A stretch of 64,000 nt of DNA from Dehalococcoidia bacterium (lineage in GTDB: Bacteria > Chloroflexota > Dehalococcoidia > Lucifugimonadales > UBA2962), in NCBI GenBank assembly GCA_034421295.1, contig DAOUKM010000004.1, positions 12,399-76,398 on the forward strand. Reading direction: 5' to 3'. Made by a program: the position numbers and the translations under genes. The stretch's first letter is position 1; each line of letters begins with the position of its first letter. This document shows, piece by piece, positions 48,531-59,217 of the stretch. The notes beneath the pieces are model-generated. The model was given only the letters and a program-made list of their open reading frames with translations, made no database searches and was not told the DNA's origin.

Positions 48531-51500
48531 TCATCCCAGCAGGGCCACGCGGCCGGAGTCCCCGAGCAGATCGGCCAGCTCGGACGCCAATTCATCCGTC
48601 GCCGCAACGCTGAGGCGTGGCCAGTCAAGTTGGACCAGGCTGCCCGCGGTGGCGATCTCCATGCCCACCTCGTCGTCTCCGGCGTGCTCCAGCAGCGTGC
48701 GCACCAGCTGCTGCAGTAGCCTGACGTCGCGTTCGGGCTCACCCGACTCGACGATCCTGAGGCTGAGCCTGCGGCGAACCGGCTGATCGTCCTGCGATGC
48801 GACCGCCCCGTTCGTGGACCCGATAGGCCCGGGAGACTGGAGAGTCCGAGACCCCGCGTCCGCTTCGACCCGCTCGGTCGGGGCTGCGGGAGCAGCCGCC
48901 GGCTCCGCTCCAGAATCCCCCGAATCGCCCACCACGTGCTCATCGGCAGAGACCGCCGAGATACTGACCCTGTCCTCGCCCCGGTCCCTGACGGTACCGA
49001 CGACCCTGACGAGCTTGCCCTGCTGCCAGACCGCCGCCGTCGACCTCTGCAGTTCCTCCCAAACGAACACGTCTATCTCCCCGCCGAGCATCTTCAGGGT
49101 GGCGATGGTGAAGGGCCGGTCGTCGCGCGTATAGCGATTGGTGATCGCGTCTACCCGTCCGGCGAGGCTGACCTCCTGGCCGTGCAAGTCGGGCCTTATG
49201 CCGTCGCGAGACAGGATGGTAGACGGATCGAGGCTGGCGGCCAGCGAGGACATCGAGCTTACCGCAGAAAGGTCCACGCCCAGCAGTTCAAGCTCCCAGT
49301 CACGCTTCTGCCAGTCAGGCGTCGCGCCCTCTTCGATGGATATCTGCGCGAGGGGAATCTCCACGCTCTCGCCGAACAGGTCGAACATGGTCGTCTGGCT
49401 GGAGCCGCGGAGATCGGCCTCGCTCTGTGCCAGGGAGATGATGCGGCCGGCGATGCTCAGCACGGAGGTGCGGTCCCCGAAGCAGTCGAAGGCGCCGGCC
49501 TTGATCAGGCTCTCAAGGGCCTTTCTGTTGAGGCCGCCAATATCCGCCGCTCGGCACATCTCCTCGATCCTTTCGAACGGGCCATGCTGGCGACGGGCGG
49601 CCACAAGGGGCTCGACCGCGGCGGAGCCGACGTTCTTGACCGAGGCCATGCCGAACAGGATCGTGGGCCTGTCCTCCTGGTATCTCAGGGAAAACTCAAC
49701 CTCGCCCTCGTTTACATCCGGCGCCCGCACGGGGATCTCCAGGCGGACGCACTCGGCGACCGCGGTAGCGACCTTGTCGGTGTTACCCGAATAGCCGTTC
49801 AGAAGCGAGACCATGTACTCGCCCGGGTAGTTGGCCTTGAAGTAGGCGGTCCAGTAGGAGATCAGGCCGTAGCTGACGCTGTGGGCCTTGTTGAAGGCGT
49901 AGCCGGCAAATGGCTCGACGAGAGCGAAGACCCGGTCTGCGACCTCCTGGGAATATCCCTGCGAGAGCGCCCCCTCGATGAAGCGCTCGCGCTCCTTGGC
50001 CATGATCTCGGGGATCTTCTTTCCCATCGCCTTTCGCACTATGTCCGCCTCCCCGAGCGAGTAGCCGGCGAACTTGCGCGCGATGTGAAGGACCTGGTCC
50101 TGAAAGACGATCACCCCGTAGGTCTCGCGGAGAATCTCTTCGAGATCCTTGTGCGGGTACTCGGGTGCCTCGCGACCGTACTTGGCGTTTATGAAGGTGT
50201 CTATGTGCTCCATGGGCCCAGGTCGGTACAGGGCGATCATCGCGGCCACATCGCCGAGCGACGATGGCTGAAGGCTCTGTATGTAGCGGGTCATGCCCGC
50301 CCCCTCCATCTGGAATACGCCGACCGTTTCGCCCCGTGAGAGCAGTTCGAATGTCTTCTCGTCGTCCAGCGGTATCTCGGTCAGTTCTATCCTCTTGCCG
50401 GTGCGGCGCTCCACGAGGTCGCGGGTTCGCTCAAGGATCGTGAGGTTGGCAAGCCCCAGAAAGTCCATCTTCAGCAGGCCCAGTGCGGCCAGGGGATTCA
50501 TCGCGTACTGGGTCGTGTTCACGCCGTGCTCATCGCCCTTGACCGGCCTCTGCAGCGGAACGTACTGCTCCAGCGGCTCCTTGGAGATGACCACTCCCGC
50601 AGCGTGTGTGCTCGAGTGGCGTACCAGGCCCTCCAGCTGGAGCGCCGTATCGATCAGTCTCCTTACCTCCTGATCATCCCTGTACAGATCGGCCATCTCG
50701 GCACTCGATCCGAGCGCGTCCCTGAGGGAGATGTTCAGCCGCTGCGGCACGAGCCTGGCCACCCTGTCCACGTCGCCGTATGACATGGCCAGAGCGCGGC
50801 CTGAATCCCTTATGGCGGCCCTCGCACCCAGGGTGCCGAAGGTGATGATCTGCGCCACGTGATCGCGTCCATAGCGGTCGACGACGTAGCTGATGACCTC
50901 GTCGCGGCGATCGTCCTGAAAGTCCATGTCGATGTCGGGCATTTCTTTGCGCTCTAGGTTGAGGAACCTCTCGAACACCAGGTCGAACTCGAGCGGGTTG
51001 ATGTCCGTTACCCCCAGGCAGAAGAGCACCAGGCTGGCGGCGGCGCTCCCGCGGACGGCGAAGAATATTCCCTGCTCGCGAACGAAGCGCGCTATGTCCC
51101 ACACCACCAGGAAATAGTTCGGGAACTGGGTCTGGTATATGACCTCAAGCTCGTACTCGAGACGGGCCAGCTCCTCTTCGCCGGCGTTCGGGAGCCGGCT
51201 GGAGAGGCCCTGCCGGCAGATCTGCCGCAGGTACTCGTCAGCCGTCAGCCCGTCAGGGGGCAGGAACTGGGGGAGCCTGAGGGTGTCGAAGTCCAGGTCC
51301 AGCTCGCACATCTCGGCGATCGCCCCGGTATTGGCGACGGCCTCCGGGATGTCGGCGAAGAGCTCGGCCATCTCCTCGGCGCTCTTGAGGTAATAGGAGT
51401 CCTCGGCCATCTTCAGGCGACGCTCATCCAGCACGTTCGTGTTTGTGTGTATGCAGATCAGGATGTCCTGGTAGGGGGCGTCGGCCCGGTCTACATAGTG

Positions 51501-52166
51501 AGAGTCGTTGGTGGCGACGGTGGGAATGCCGAGCTCTGCGGACAGGGCGATCAGGCCCTCGTTGATCGCCGGCAGCTCGGGAACGCCGCCGTGCCTCATC
51601 AGCTCAAGGTAGTAGTCCTCAAACGTGTCGCGGTACCAGGAGGCGGCCGCGCGCGCATCGTCCAGGCGTCCCTCCGATATCGCCCGCGGCACCTCCCCGC
51701 TCGGGCAGCCGGAAAGGACGATCAGCCCCTCGCTGTATTTCTCCAGCAGCTCGCGGTCCAGCCGGGGCTTGTAGTAGAAGCCCTCAAGGTGCGCCCTGCT
51801 GACCAGCTTCACCAGGTTGCGGTACCCCGCCTGGTTCTTTGCAAGGACCGTCATGTGGTACGGGCGCTTTTCCGCCGGGTCACGTGAATGTCGGCTGTGG
51901 GCCGCCACGTACACCTCGCAGCCGATGATCGGCTTTATGCCCCGCTCCCTGGCGATGCGGTAGAAGTCGATCGCTCCGTACAGGCCGCCGTGGTCGGTAA
52001 TCGCCAGGGCGTCCATGCCCAGTTCGGCGGCCCTGTCCACGGCCGCCCCGAGGCGGCTCAGACCGTCAAGCAGGCTGTACTCGGTGTGGACGTGCAGGTG
52101 TGTGAAACCGTTCGACGCAGCCAAGTTGTCTTGTCCCGGTAGGGTGGTGGTTCGGCTTGACATCAC
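48531..52166 (-). CDS. dnaE: DNA polymerase III alpha subunit
   Basis: A 1211-aa protein. PHP domain FTHLHVHTEYSLLDG, the polymerase core and an OB-fold are recognisable throughout. Confidence 0.95.
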   Translation of the reverse strand: MMSSRTTTLPGQDNLAASNGFTHLHVHTEYSLLDGLSRLGAAVDRAAELGMDALAITDHGGLYGAIDFYRIARERGIKPIIGCEVYVAAHSRHSRDPAEKRPYHMTVLAKNQAGYRNLVKLVSRAHLEGFYYKPRLDRELLEKYSEGLIVLSGCPSGEVPRAISEGRLDDARAAASWYRDTFEDYYLELMRHGGVPELPAINEGLIALSAELGIPTVATNDSHYVDRADAPYQDILICIHTNTNVLDERRLKMAEDSYYLKSAEEMAELFADIPEAVANTGAIAEMCELDLDFDTLRLPQFLPPDGLTADEYLRQICRQGLSSRLPNAGEEELARLEYELEVIYQTQFPNYFLVVWDIARFVREQGIFFAVRGSAAASLVLFCLGVTDINPLEFDLVFERFLNLERKEMPDIDMDFQDDRRDEVISYVVDRYGRDHVAQIITFGTLGARAAIRDSGRALAMSYGDVDRVARLVPQRLNISLRDALGSSAEMADLYRDDQEVRRLIDTALQLEGLVRHSSTHAAGVVISKEPLEQYVPLQRPVKGDEHGVNTTQYAMNPLAALGLLKMDFLGLANLTILERTRDLVERRTGKRIELTEIPLDDEKTFELLSRGETVGVFQMEGAGMTRYIQSLQPSSLGDVAAMIALYRPGPMEHIDTFINAKYGREAPEYPHKDLEEILRETYGVIVFQDQVLHIARKFAGYSLGEADIVRKAMGKKIPEIMAKERERFIEGALSQGYSQEVADRVFALVEPFAGYAFNKAHSVSYGLISYWTAYFKANYPGEYMVSLLNGYSGNTDKVATAVAECVRLEIPVRAPDVNEGEVEFSLRYQEDRPTILFGMASVKNVGSAAVEPLVAARRQHGPFERIEEMCRAADIGGLNRKALESLIKAGAFDCFGDRTSVLSIAGRIISLAQSEADLRGSSQTTMFDLFGESVEIPLAQISIEEGATPDWQKRDWELELLGVDLSAVSSMSSLAASLDPSTILSRDGIRPDLHGQEVSLAGRVDAITNRYTRDDRPFTIATLKMLGGEIDVFVWEELQRSTAAVWQQGKLVRVVGTVRDRGEDRVSISAVSADEHVVGDSGDSGAEPAAAPAAPTERVEADAGSRTLQSPGPIGSTNGAVASQDDQPVRRRLSLRIVESGEPERDVRLLQQLVRTLLEHAGDDEVGMEIATAGSLVQLDWPRLSVAATDELASELADLLGDSGRVALLG

Positions 52167-52216
52167 AGGTTTCGCGGCACCATTTATACGCGTACGCGCC
52201 GCGATTTTCCACCCAC

Positions 52217-52253
52217 AAAAAAGCAGGCCCCCTCCGAACCCGGAGGGGGCCTG
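52217..52253 (-). terminator. Rho-independent terminator of groEL
   Basis: On the minus strand, CAGGCCCCCTCCG-GGTT-CGGAGGGGGCCTG is followed by CTTTTTT. It begins 22 nt after the groEL stop. Confidence 0.75.
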
Positions 52254-52275
52254 TAGAACCTCTATCCCGTTCCGT

Positions 52276-53955
<1,680 letters not shown>

Positions 53956-53973
53956 CTATATCGTCGACCTGCT

Positions 53974-54264
53974 TTACTTCTTAAAGAGGATGTCGTCCTC
54001 TCGAACTATCAGGTACTCGGTATCTCCATCCTTGTACTCGGTCCCGGCGTATTTCGAGTAGACGACCAAGTCTCCAACGGCGACCTCCAGGGGCGTCCGC
54101 GAGCCATCGTCGTTAAGCTTGCCCGGGCCAACGGCCACGATCTTGCCCTCCTGGGGCTTTTCCTTGGCCGTATCGGGAATGTAGATCCCGCCAGCGGACA
54201 TCTGCTCTTCAGACTCCATGGGCTCTATCACGACCCGGTTGCCCAACGGCTTGAACTCTGTCAT
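53974..54264 (-). CDS. groS: co-chaperonin GroES (10 kDa)
   Basis: A 96-aa protein. [11 protein letters not shown]...[24 protein letters not shown] is canonical GroES. Confidence 0.95.
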   Translation of the reverse strand: MTEFKPLGNRVVIEPMESEEQMSAGGIYIPDTAKEKPQEGKIVAVGPGKLNDDGSRTPLEVAVGDLVVYSKYAGTEYKDGDTEYLIVREDDILFKK

Positions 54265-54380
54265 CTAAGATCTCCTCCTGAATTGCCTTAGTGCCTATGG
54301 CCCCGGCCCAACTCGAGCCCGCCCCCGCGAGGGGAGACGGGCCCGTTTCGCTGCTGCCGCCGACCGGGCCAGGGGGCCCG

Positions 54381-54407
54381 TTAGCAGTCTACCAATTTGA
54401 CTGCTAA
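54381..54407 (-). promoter_or_regulatory. CIRCE operator (HrcA binding site)
   Basis: A perfect inverted repeat TTAGCAGTC-N9-GACTGCTAA at 54381-54407. The consensus I know is TTAGCACTC-N9-GAGTGCTAA. It lies 117 nt upstream of groES. Confidence 0.8.
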
Positions 54408-54409
54408 AC

Positions 54410-54438
54410 ATCCTATGAACAGGCCCCGGATATGTCAA
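54410..54438 (-). promoter_or_regulatory. candidate sigma-70-type promoter of groES-groEL
   Basis: On the minus strand, TTGACA (54438-54433), a 17-nt spacer, then TAGGAT (54415-54410), immediately upstream of CIRCE. Confidence 0.5.
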
Positions 54439-54498
54439 TAGACCGCTTCGGGGTCGCGCGGCGTTGACCGTCCGGGCACCTCTACCTATCATCGGTGC

Positions 54499-55440
54499 GT
54501 GAACAGCGGCGAACGGAGCGCATTGCTATGCGACGCAGCCGGTACGGCCAGGGCCCTGGTAGTAGCCTTGCGTCCCAAGCAGTGGACGAAGAATCTGATC
54601 ATCTTCTTCGCCCTGCTGTTCACGGTGGGCGAGGCCTGGAGCCCCGCGCGGGTCGGCGAGGCCGCCCCGCTCGTCGTGGACGCCGTCTTCGCCTTCCTGC
54701 TGTTCTGCGTGCTCTCCGGCGCCTCTTACCTGCTGAACGACGTGGCCGACGCCGAGAGGGACCGCGCGCACCCGGCGAAGCGCTGGCGTCCGGTCGCCTC
54801 CGGCAGGCTGTCTCAGCCGGTCGCCCTCGCCACGTCGGGGTCTCTGATCGCGGTGGCGGTCTGCCTCTCCTTCCTTCTGGAGACGTCCTTCGGCTGGGTG
54901 GCGCTCAGCTATGCCGCGCTCATGGTCGCCTACTCGGCGGCGCTCAAGAGGGTGGTCCTAGTCGACGTATTCGTCATCGCGGCGGGCTTTGTCCTCAGGG
55001 CCGTGGCGGGCGCCGCGGTGCTGGGGGTGCCCATCTCGCCGTGGCTGTACATATGCACGGGCCTGGGGGCCCTGGTCATCGCGCTGGGAAAGCGCCGGAG
55101 CGAGCTCGTCACGGCCGGGGACGGCGCGGGGCAGCAGCGTGACAGCCTGCGCGGATACTCGGTGCGCCTGATCGACCAGCTGACCTACCTGGTAGTGCCA
55201 GCGACGCTCACCGCCTACATCCTTTACGCCCTTACAGCCGACAACCTGCCGGACAACTTCGCCATGGCGATCACCGTCCCATTCGTCGTCTACGGGCTGA
55301 TGCGCTACCTGTACCTTGTCAACATAAAGGGGCTGGGAGAGAGTCCGGAAGAGTTGCTCGTGTCCGACGCGCACCTCGTGGCGACGGTGGTGCTCTGGCT
55401 CGTCGCCTCTTCCCTGGTGCTCGCCCTCTTTAGAGCGTGA
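54499..55440 (+). CDS. UbiA-family prenyltransferase, decaprenyl-phosphate phosphoribosyltransferase-like
   Basis: ALRPKQWTKNL and NDVADAERDRAHPAKRWRPVASG match the NDxxDxxxDRxHPxKxxRPxAxG signature I associate with DPPR synthases. About eight TM segments. GTG start. Confidence 0.7.
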   Translation: MNSGERSALLCDAAGTARALVVALRPKQWTKNLIIFFALLFTVGEAWSPARVGEAAPLVVDAVFAFLLFCVLSGASYLLNDVADAERDRAHPAKRWRPVASGRLSQPVALATSGSLIAVAVCLSFLLETSFGWVALSYAALMVAYSAALKRVVLVDVFVIAAGFVLRAVAGAAVLGVPISPWLYICTGLGALVIALGKRRSELVTAGDGAGQQRDSLRGYSVRLIDQLTYLVVPATLTAYILYALTADNLPDNFAMAITVPFVVYGLMRYLYLVNIKGLGESPEELLVSDAHLVATVVLWLVASSLVLALFRA

Positions 55441-57503
55441 GCCCTCCGCACGACCTGTTCGGGGCCATTCCGGTCTGGGTCGGCGTGTATGTGCTCGCCG
55501 GCCTGTCCCTGGGGGCTGCGGGGCTGATTATGTACCGGCGCATGCTGAGGCTCATCATGCTCGGGCGTCGGGGCCGGACCGACAGGCCCGCGGTGCGACT
55601 GCTGGGCGCCATCAGACCCGTGCTCGGCCAGGCCAAGGTGCTGCAGAGCGTGTCGGTGGGCGACCGGGCGGGGCTGGCCCACCTGTTCATCTTCTGGGGC
55701 TTTCTGTCCTTCCTGCTCAGCTACCTGCTGTTCATATTCGCAGACTCGGCCTGGCGGCCCTTTTCCGGATGGCTGATCACAGATACCGGGGTGTCCGTCT
55801 TTGCCTCCTACCTGGACGTGCTGGCGGCCCTGTTCCTGCTGGTGATCGCCTGGGCGGCCGCACGCAGGTGGATAAGGACGCCGCGGCGCCTGTCGTTTGA
55901 CCTGACCCAGAGATCGGACGCCGCGATCATCCTGGTGCTGATCGCCCTGCTGATGGCGCTGACCCTGCTCGCCGAGGCCATGTACGTCGCTTCCGGCGGG
56001 ACTGGGCCGCACGCGGACGCGCTGATCGGCGGGGCCATCGGATCGGCACTGACCGACGCCGGGATCCCCACCGGTCTGGCCAATGGGCTCCATGGACTGT
56101 TCTGGTGGCTGCACCTGGGCCTGATACTCGGCTTCGCCATCTACATCCCCGTCTCCAAGCACGCGCACATGCTGGGCGCCCCGCTCAGCTTCTTCATGCG
56201 CTCCCTCAAGGCGCCCGGGACGCTCGGCACCCCGGACCTTGAGGCCGTCGAATCCTTCGGGGCCGCGCGCATCCAGGAGTTTTCCAGAAAGCAGCTCCTG
56301 GACGGATACGCCTGCGCGGTGTGCGGCCGGTGCAGCGAGGTCTGTCCTGCCAACGTCAGCGGGAAGATCCTCTCCCCGATGCACATCGTCGAGAATCTGA
56401 AAGAGCACGTGCTGGACGCCGGGCCCGGGCTGGCCGACGGGACGGACGCCCAGGATGAGCGACCCCTGATAGGCAGATGGCTGCCGACCGAGGCGATCTG
56501 GGACTGCCTGACGTGCGGGGCGTGCGTTTCGGAGTGCCCGGTTGGCGTAGAGCACGTGGAGACCATCGTCGACGTCCGAAGGCACCTGGTGATGGAGACC
56601 GCCGAGATGCCGGACACCGCGCGGGAAGCGCTGACCAGCATGGAGCAGAGAGGTCACCCCTGGCGCGGCACCCAGCACACCCGGACCGACTGGACCGAGG
56701 GTCTGCCCGTAAGGACTGTCGCGGATCACCCGGAGGCCGAATACCTGCTGTGGGTGGGCTGCACCGCGGCGCTGGAGGAGCGCAGCCGGTCGGTCGCCCG
56801 GTCGATGGCCAGGGTGCTCATACGCGCCGGGGTGGACTTCGCCATACTGGGCGCGGAGGAAAGGTGCACGGGCGACCCCGCAAGGCGCATGGGGAACGAG
56901 TACCTGTACCAGGTCCTGGCGGGCCATAACATCGCCTCGTTTGAGCGATACTCGGTAAGGAAGATCGTAACGGTCTGCCCGCACTGCTTTAACACCATCA
57001 AGAACGAGTATCCGGCCCTGGGCGGCGAGTACACGGTCATGCACTACACCGAGCTCGTCGCCGGGCTGATCGATTCCGGAGCCATCGTTCCCGCAGCCGA
57101 CGTTCTGCCGGGGGGCGGGCCGGATCCCGGGGCGGTCACCTACCACGATTCGTGCTACCTGGGCAGGCACAACGGTCTTTACGAGCAGCCGAGGCGGATC
57201 GCCAGGTCCATCCCGGGACTCAAGGTCGGCGAAATGGAGCTCAACCGGCGAAGGAGCTTTTGCTGTGGCGCCGGGGGCGGTCACATGTGGATGGAGGAGA
57301 GCCGGGGGCAGCGCGTCGACCACCTGCGCACCGACCAGTTCCTGGCGACCGGCTCAGGGGCCGTCGTCGTCTCCTGCCCGTTCTGCCTGCAGATGTTCGA
57401 GCAGGCGCTCCCCTCGAGGCCAGGGGGAGAGGGCAAACGGGCCGTAGACCTCATAGAGCTCGTGGACCAGAGCCTCGGCGACGAGGCGACTGCCGGCCAG
57501 TGA
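55437..57503 (+). CDS. membrane-anchored Fe-S oxidoreductase (NarI/DsrM-like membrane domain fused to an HdrD/DsrK-like 2x[4Fe-4S] plus two CCG domains)
   Basis: About six N-terminal TM helices with conserved His residues. Ferredoxin motifs CAVCGRCSEVCP and CLTCGACVSECP, and CCG-type motifs CPHCFNT and CCGAGGG. GTG 55437 overlaps the upstream TGA. Confidence 0.8.
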   Translation: MSPPHDLFGAIPVWVGVYVLAGLSLGAAGLIMYRRMLRLIMLGRRGRTDRPAVRLLGAIRPVLGQAKVLQSVSVGDRAGLAHLFIFWGFLSFLLSYLLFIFADSAWRPFSGWLITDTGVSVFASYLDVLAALFLLVIAWAAARRWIRTPRRLSFDLTQRSDAAIILVLIALLMALTLLAEAMYVASGGTGPHADALIGGAIGSALTDAGIPTGLANGLHGLFWWLHLGLILGFAIYIPVSKHAHMLGAPLSFFMRSLKAPGTLGTPDLEAVESFGAARIQEFSRKQLLDGYACAVCGRCSEVCPANVSGKILSPMHIVENLKEHVLDAGPGLADGTDAQDERPLIGRWLPTEAIWDCLTCGACVSECPVGVEHVETIVDVRRHLVMETAEMPDTAREALTSMEQRGHPWRGTQHTRTDWTEGLPVRTVADHPEAEYLLWVGCTAALEERSRSVARSMARVLIRAGVDFAILGAEERCTGDPARRMGNEYLYQVLAGHNIASFERYSVRKIVTVCPHCFNTIKNEYPALGGEYTVMHYTELVAGLIDSGAIVPAADVLPGGGPDPGAVTYHDSCYLGRHNGLYEQPRRIARSIPGLKVGEMELNRRRSFCCGAGGGHMWMEESRGQRVDHLRTDQFLATGSGAVVVSCPFCLQMFEQALPSRPGGEGKRAVDLIELVDQSLGDEATAGQ

Positions 57504-57537
57504 CCGGCGGACCGGACGGCCCGGGCGGGGCCTTTAC

Positions 57538-58260
57538 CTAGGCCTCTGCGGCCTCGGGCGCGAACAGGAACTGGTAGACGAGGGCCGCAAGGCCGCCTCC
57601 CGCCAGCGGGGCGACCCAGTAGATCCAGTGGTCGGTCCAGAGTCCGGACACCACGGCCGGGCCCAGGCTGCGCGCCGGATTGACGCCAGCGCCCGTGAGC
57701 GGAACGGCGACCAGGTGTATGACGACTACGGCAAGGCCGATCGACAGCGGCGCCAGTGCGCCCTGCGCCCGCCTGTCCATCGCCACGGCGAACACGACGA
57801 ATACGAGCAGGAACGTGAGCACCACCTCGACCGTAAAGCCCATGCCCACCGACACGCCCTCGCCGAGGCCGTGGGCGCCCAGATTTCCTTCCCAGGCGTC
57901 CGGGACGACGTAGACGAGAAAGAGTCCAGCAAGGACCGCACCGGCCGCCTGGGCAACCACGTACATGGAGGCCTTTGCGGGGCGTATCTTGCCGGCCAGG
58001 GCCGCCGAGAACGTTACGGCGGGATTCAGGTGGCCGCCCGATATGTGGGAGGTGGCATAGACCAGCAGGGCAATGGCCAGGCCGTTGGCCAGCGCTATGG
58101 CGACCAGCCGTGCCGCATTCATATCGCCACCGGTGGTGATACCGCTAACGATCACCGCCCCGGCACCGACGAACACGAACAGCCCTGTGGCGAATAACTC
58201 GGCAAGCGAGTCGCGCCACGCGTCGATTGATCCCAGATCCTGCATGATTCCCTGTACCAT
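57538..58260 (-). CDS. MIP-family channel (aquaporin / glycerol facilitator)
   Basis: Two NPA boxes (GGHLNPAVT and GAGVNPARS). ATG 58260 is preferred over the start at 58317. Confidence 0.85.
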   Translation of the reverse strand: MVQGIMQDLGSIDAWRDSLAELFATGLFVFVGAGAVIVSGITTGGDMNAARLVAIALANGLAIALLVYATSHISGGHLNPAVTFSAALAGKIRPAKASMYVVAQAAGAVLAGLFLVYVVPDAWEGNLGAHGLGEGVSVGMGFTVEVVLTFLLVFVVFAVAMDRRAQGALAPLSIGLAVVVIHLVAVPLTGAGVNPARSLGPAVVSGLWTDHWIYWVAPLAGGGLAALVYQFLFAPEAAEA

Positions 58261-58313
58261 GGCGTCCCCACCCCCGGGGCGGTGGCCCATGCTAAACACG
58301 CCTGCCCGGCCTG

Positions 58314-59210
58314 TCAACGCGGGCCCTGGGGCCTTTCGCGGTGGCCCGCGGCATCCGCCAGCAGCCGCCTGATCCTGTCGGCGATGTCCGGCCGGCGCAG
58401 CCCCTCGTATAGCGCCGCCTCAAGCATTCCCAGGGGCGTTCCCACGTCGACGTGATGCCCGGCAAACTCATGGGCATATACGCCTTCGCGGTCCACCACC
58501 GATGCGATCGCATCGGTGATCTGGATCTCGCCGCGCGCGCCCGGCTCGGTCTCCTTCAGGGCGCTCAGCACACTGGCCGCAAGGACATAGCGCCCGACGA
58601 TCGCGAGGTTGGAGGGCGCCCTGTGGGGCGGGGGCTTTTCCACCAGCGCCCTTATCCTGTGCAGCCGGTCCCCCGCCGGCTCCGGATCGACGATCCCGAG
58701 ACCGGATACCAGGTCATCGGGCACCTCCCTGACCGCGATCACGCTCGCGCCCAGGCGATCGTAGAGCGCGGCCAGCTCCCCTATCGCCGGGCCGTCAGTC
58801 CAGATGAGATCGTCCGGAAGCAGCAGGGCGAACGGCTCATCGCCGACCCATTCGGCCGCCATGGACACCGCGTGGCCGAGTCCGCCGGGCCGGTCCTGGA
58901 CGATGAATTCGATATCGGCGATCTCCGCCAGCCGCCGAACCGAGTCGGCCAGCGGCGCCTGGCCCGCGGACCGCAGGGCCGATTCCAGCCGGAGATCGGC
59001 CCCGAAGTAGCGCTCGGTGGCGCGGTCGTCCGGTGCCACCACGACGGCCACGCTTCGTATGCCGGCCGCGGCCGCCTCGCTGACGACCATGTGGATGGCC
59101 GGCGTATCCAGCACCGGCAACAGCGCCTTTGGAACCGTCTTGGTCGCGGGCAGGAAGCGTGTCCCCAGGCCCGCGGCCGGGACGACCGCCTTTCCGACAG
59201 ACGAACTCAA
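58314..59210 (-). CDS. galU: UTP--glucose-1-phosphate uridylyltransferase
   Basis: KAVVPAAGLGTRFLPATKTVPKALLPV is canonical GalU. TTG 59210 avoids the 83-nt overlap with the MFS gene that the ORF-track start at 59300 would imply. Confidence 0.8.
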   Translation of the reverse strand: MSSSVGKAVVPAAGLGTRFLPATKTVPKALLPVLDTPAIHMVVSEAAAAGIRSVAVVVAPDDRATERYFGADLRLESALRSAGQAPLADSVRRLAEIADIEFIVQDRPGGLGHAVSMAAEWVGDEPFALLLPDDLIWTDGPAIGELAALYDRLGASVIAVREVPDDLVSGLGIVDPEPAGDRLHRIRALVEKPPPHRAPSNLAIVGRYVLAASVLSALKETEPGARGEIQITDAIASVVDREGVYAHEFAGHHVDVGTPLGMLEAALYEGLRRPDIADRIRRLLADAAGHRERPQGPR

Positions 59211-59217
59211 CGACGCC

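Noticed and set aside
55305-57323. A 672-aa ORF on the minus strand
   Set aside because: It lies entirely antisense to the Fe-S oxidoreductase gene, which has clear cluster-binding motifs. Its product is Arg/Pro/Gly/His-rich with no domain features. Long antisense ORFs like this are typical artefacts of GC-rich DNA.
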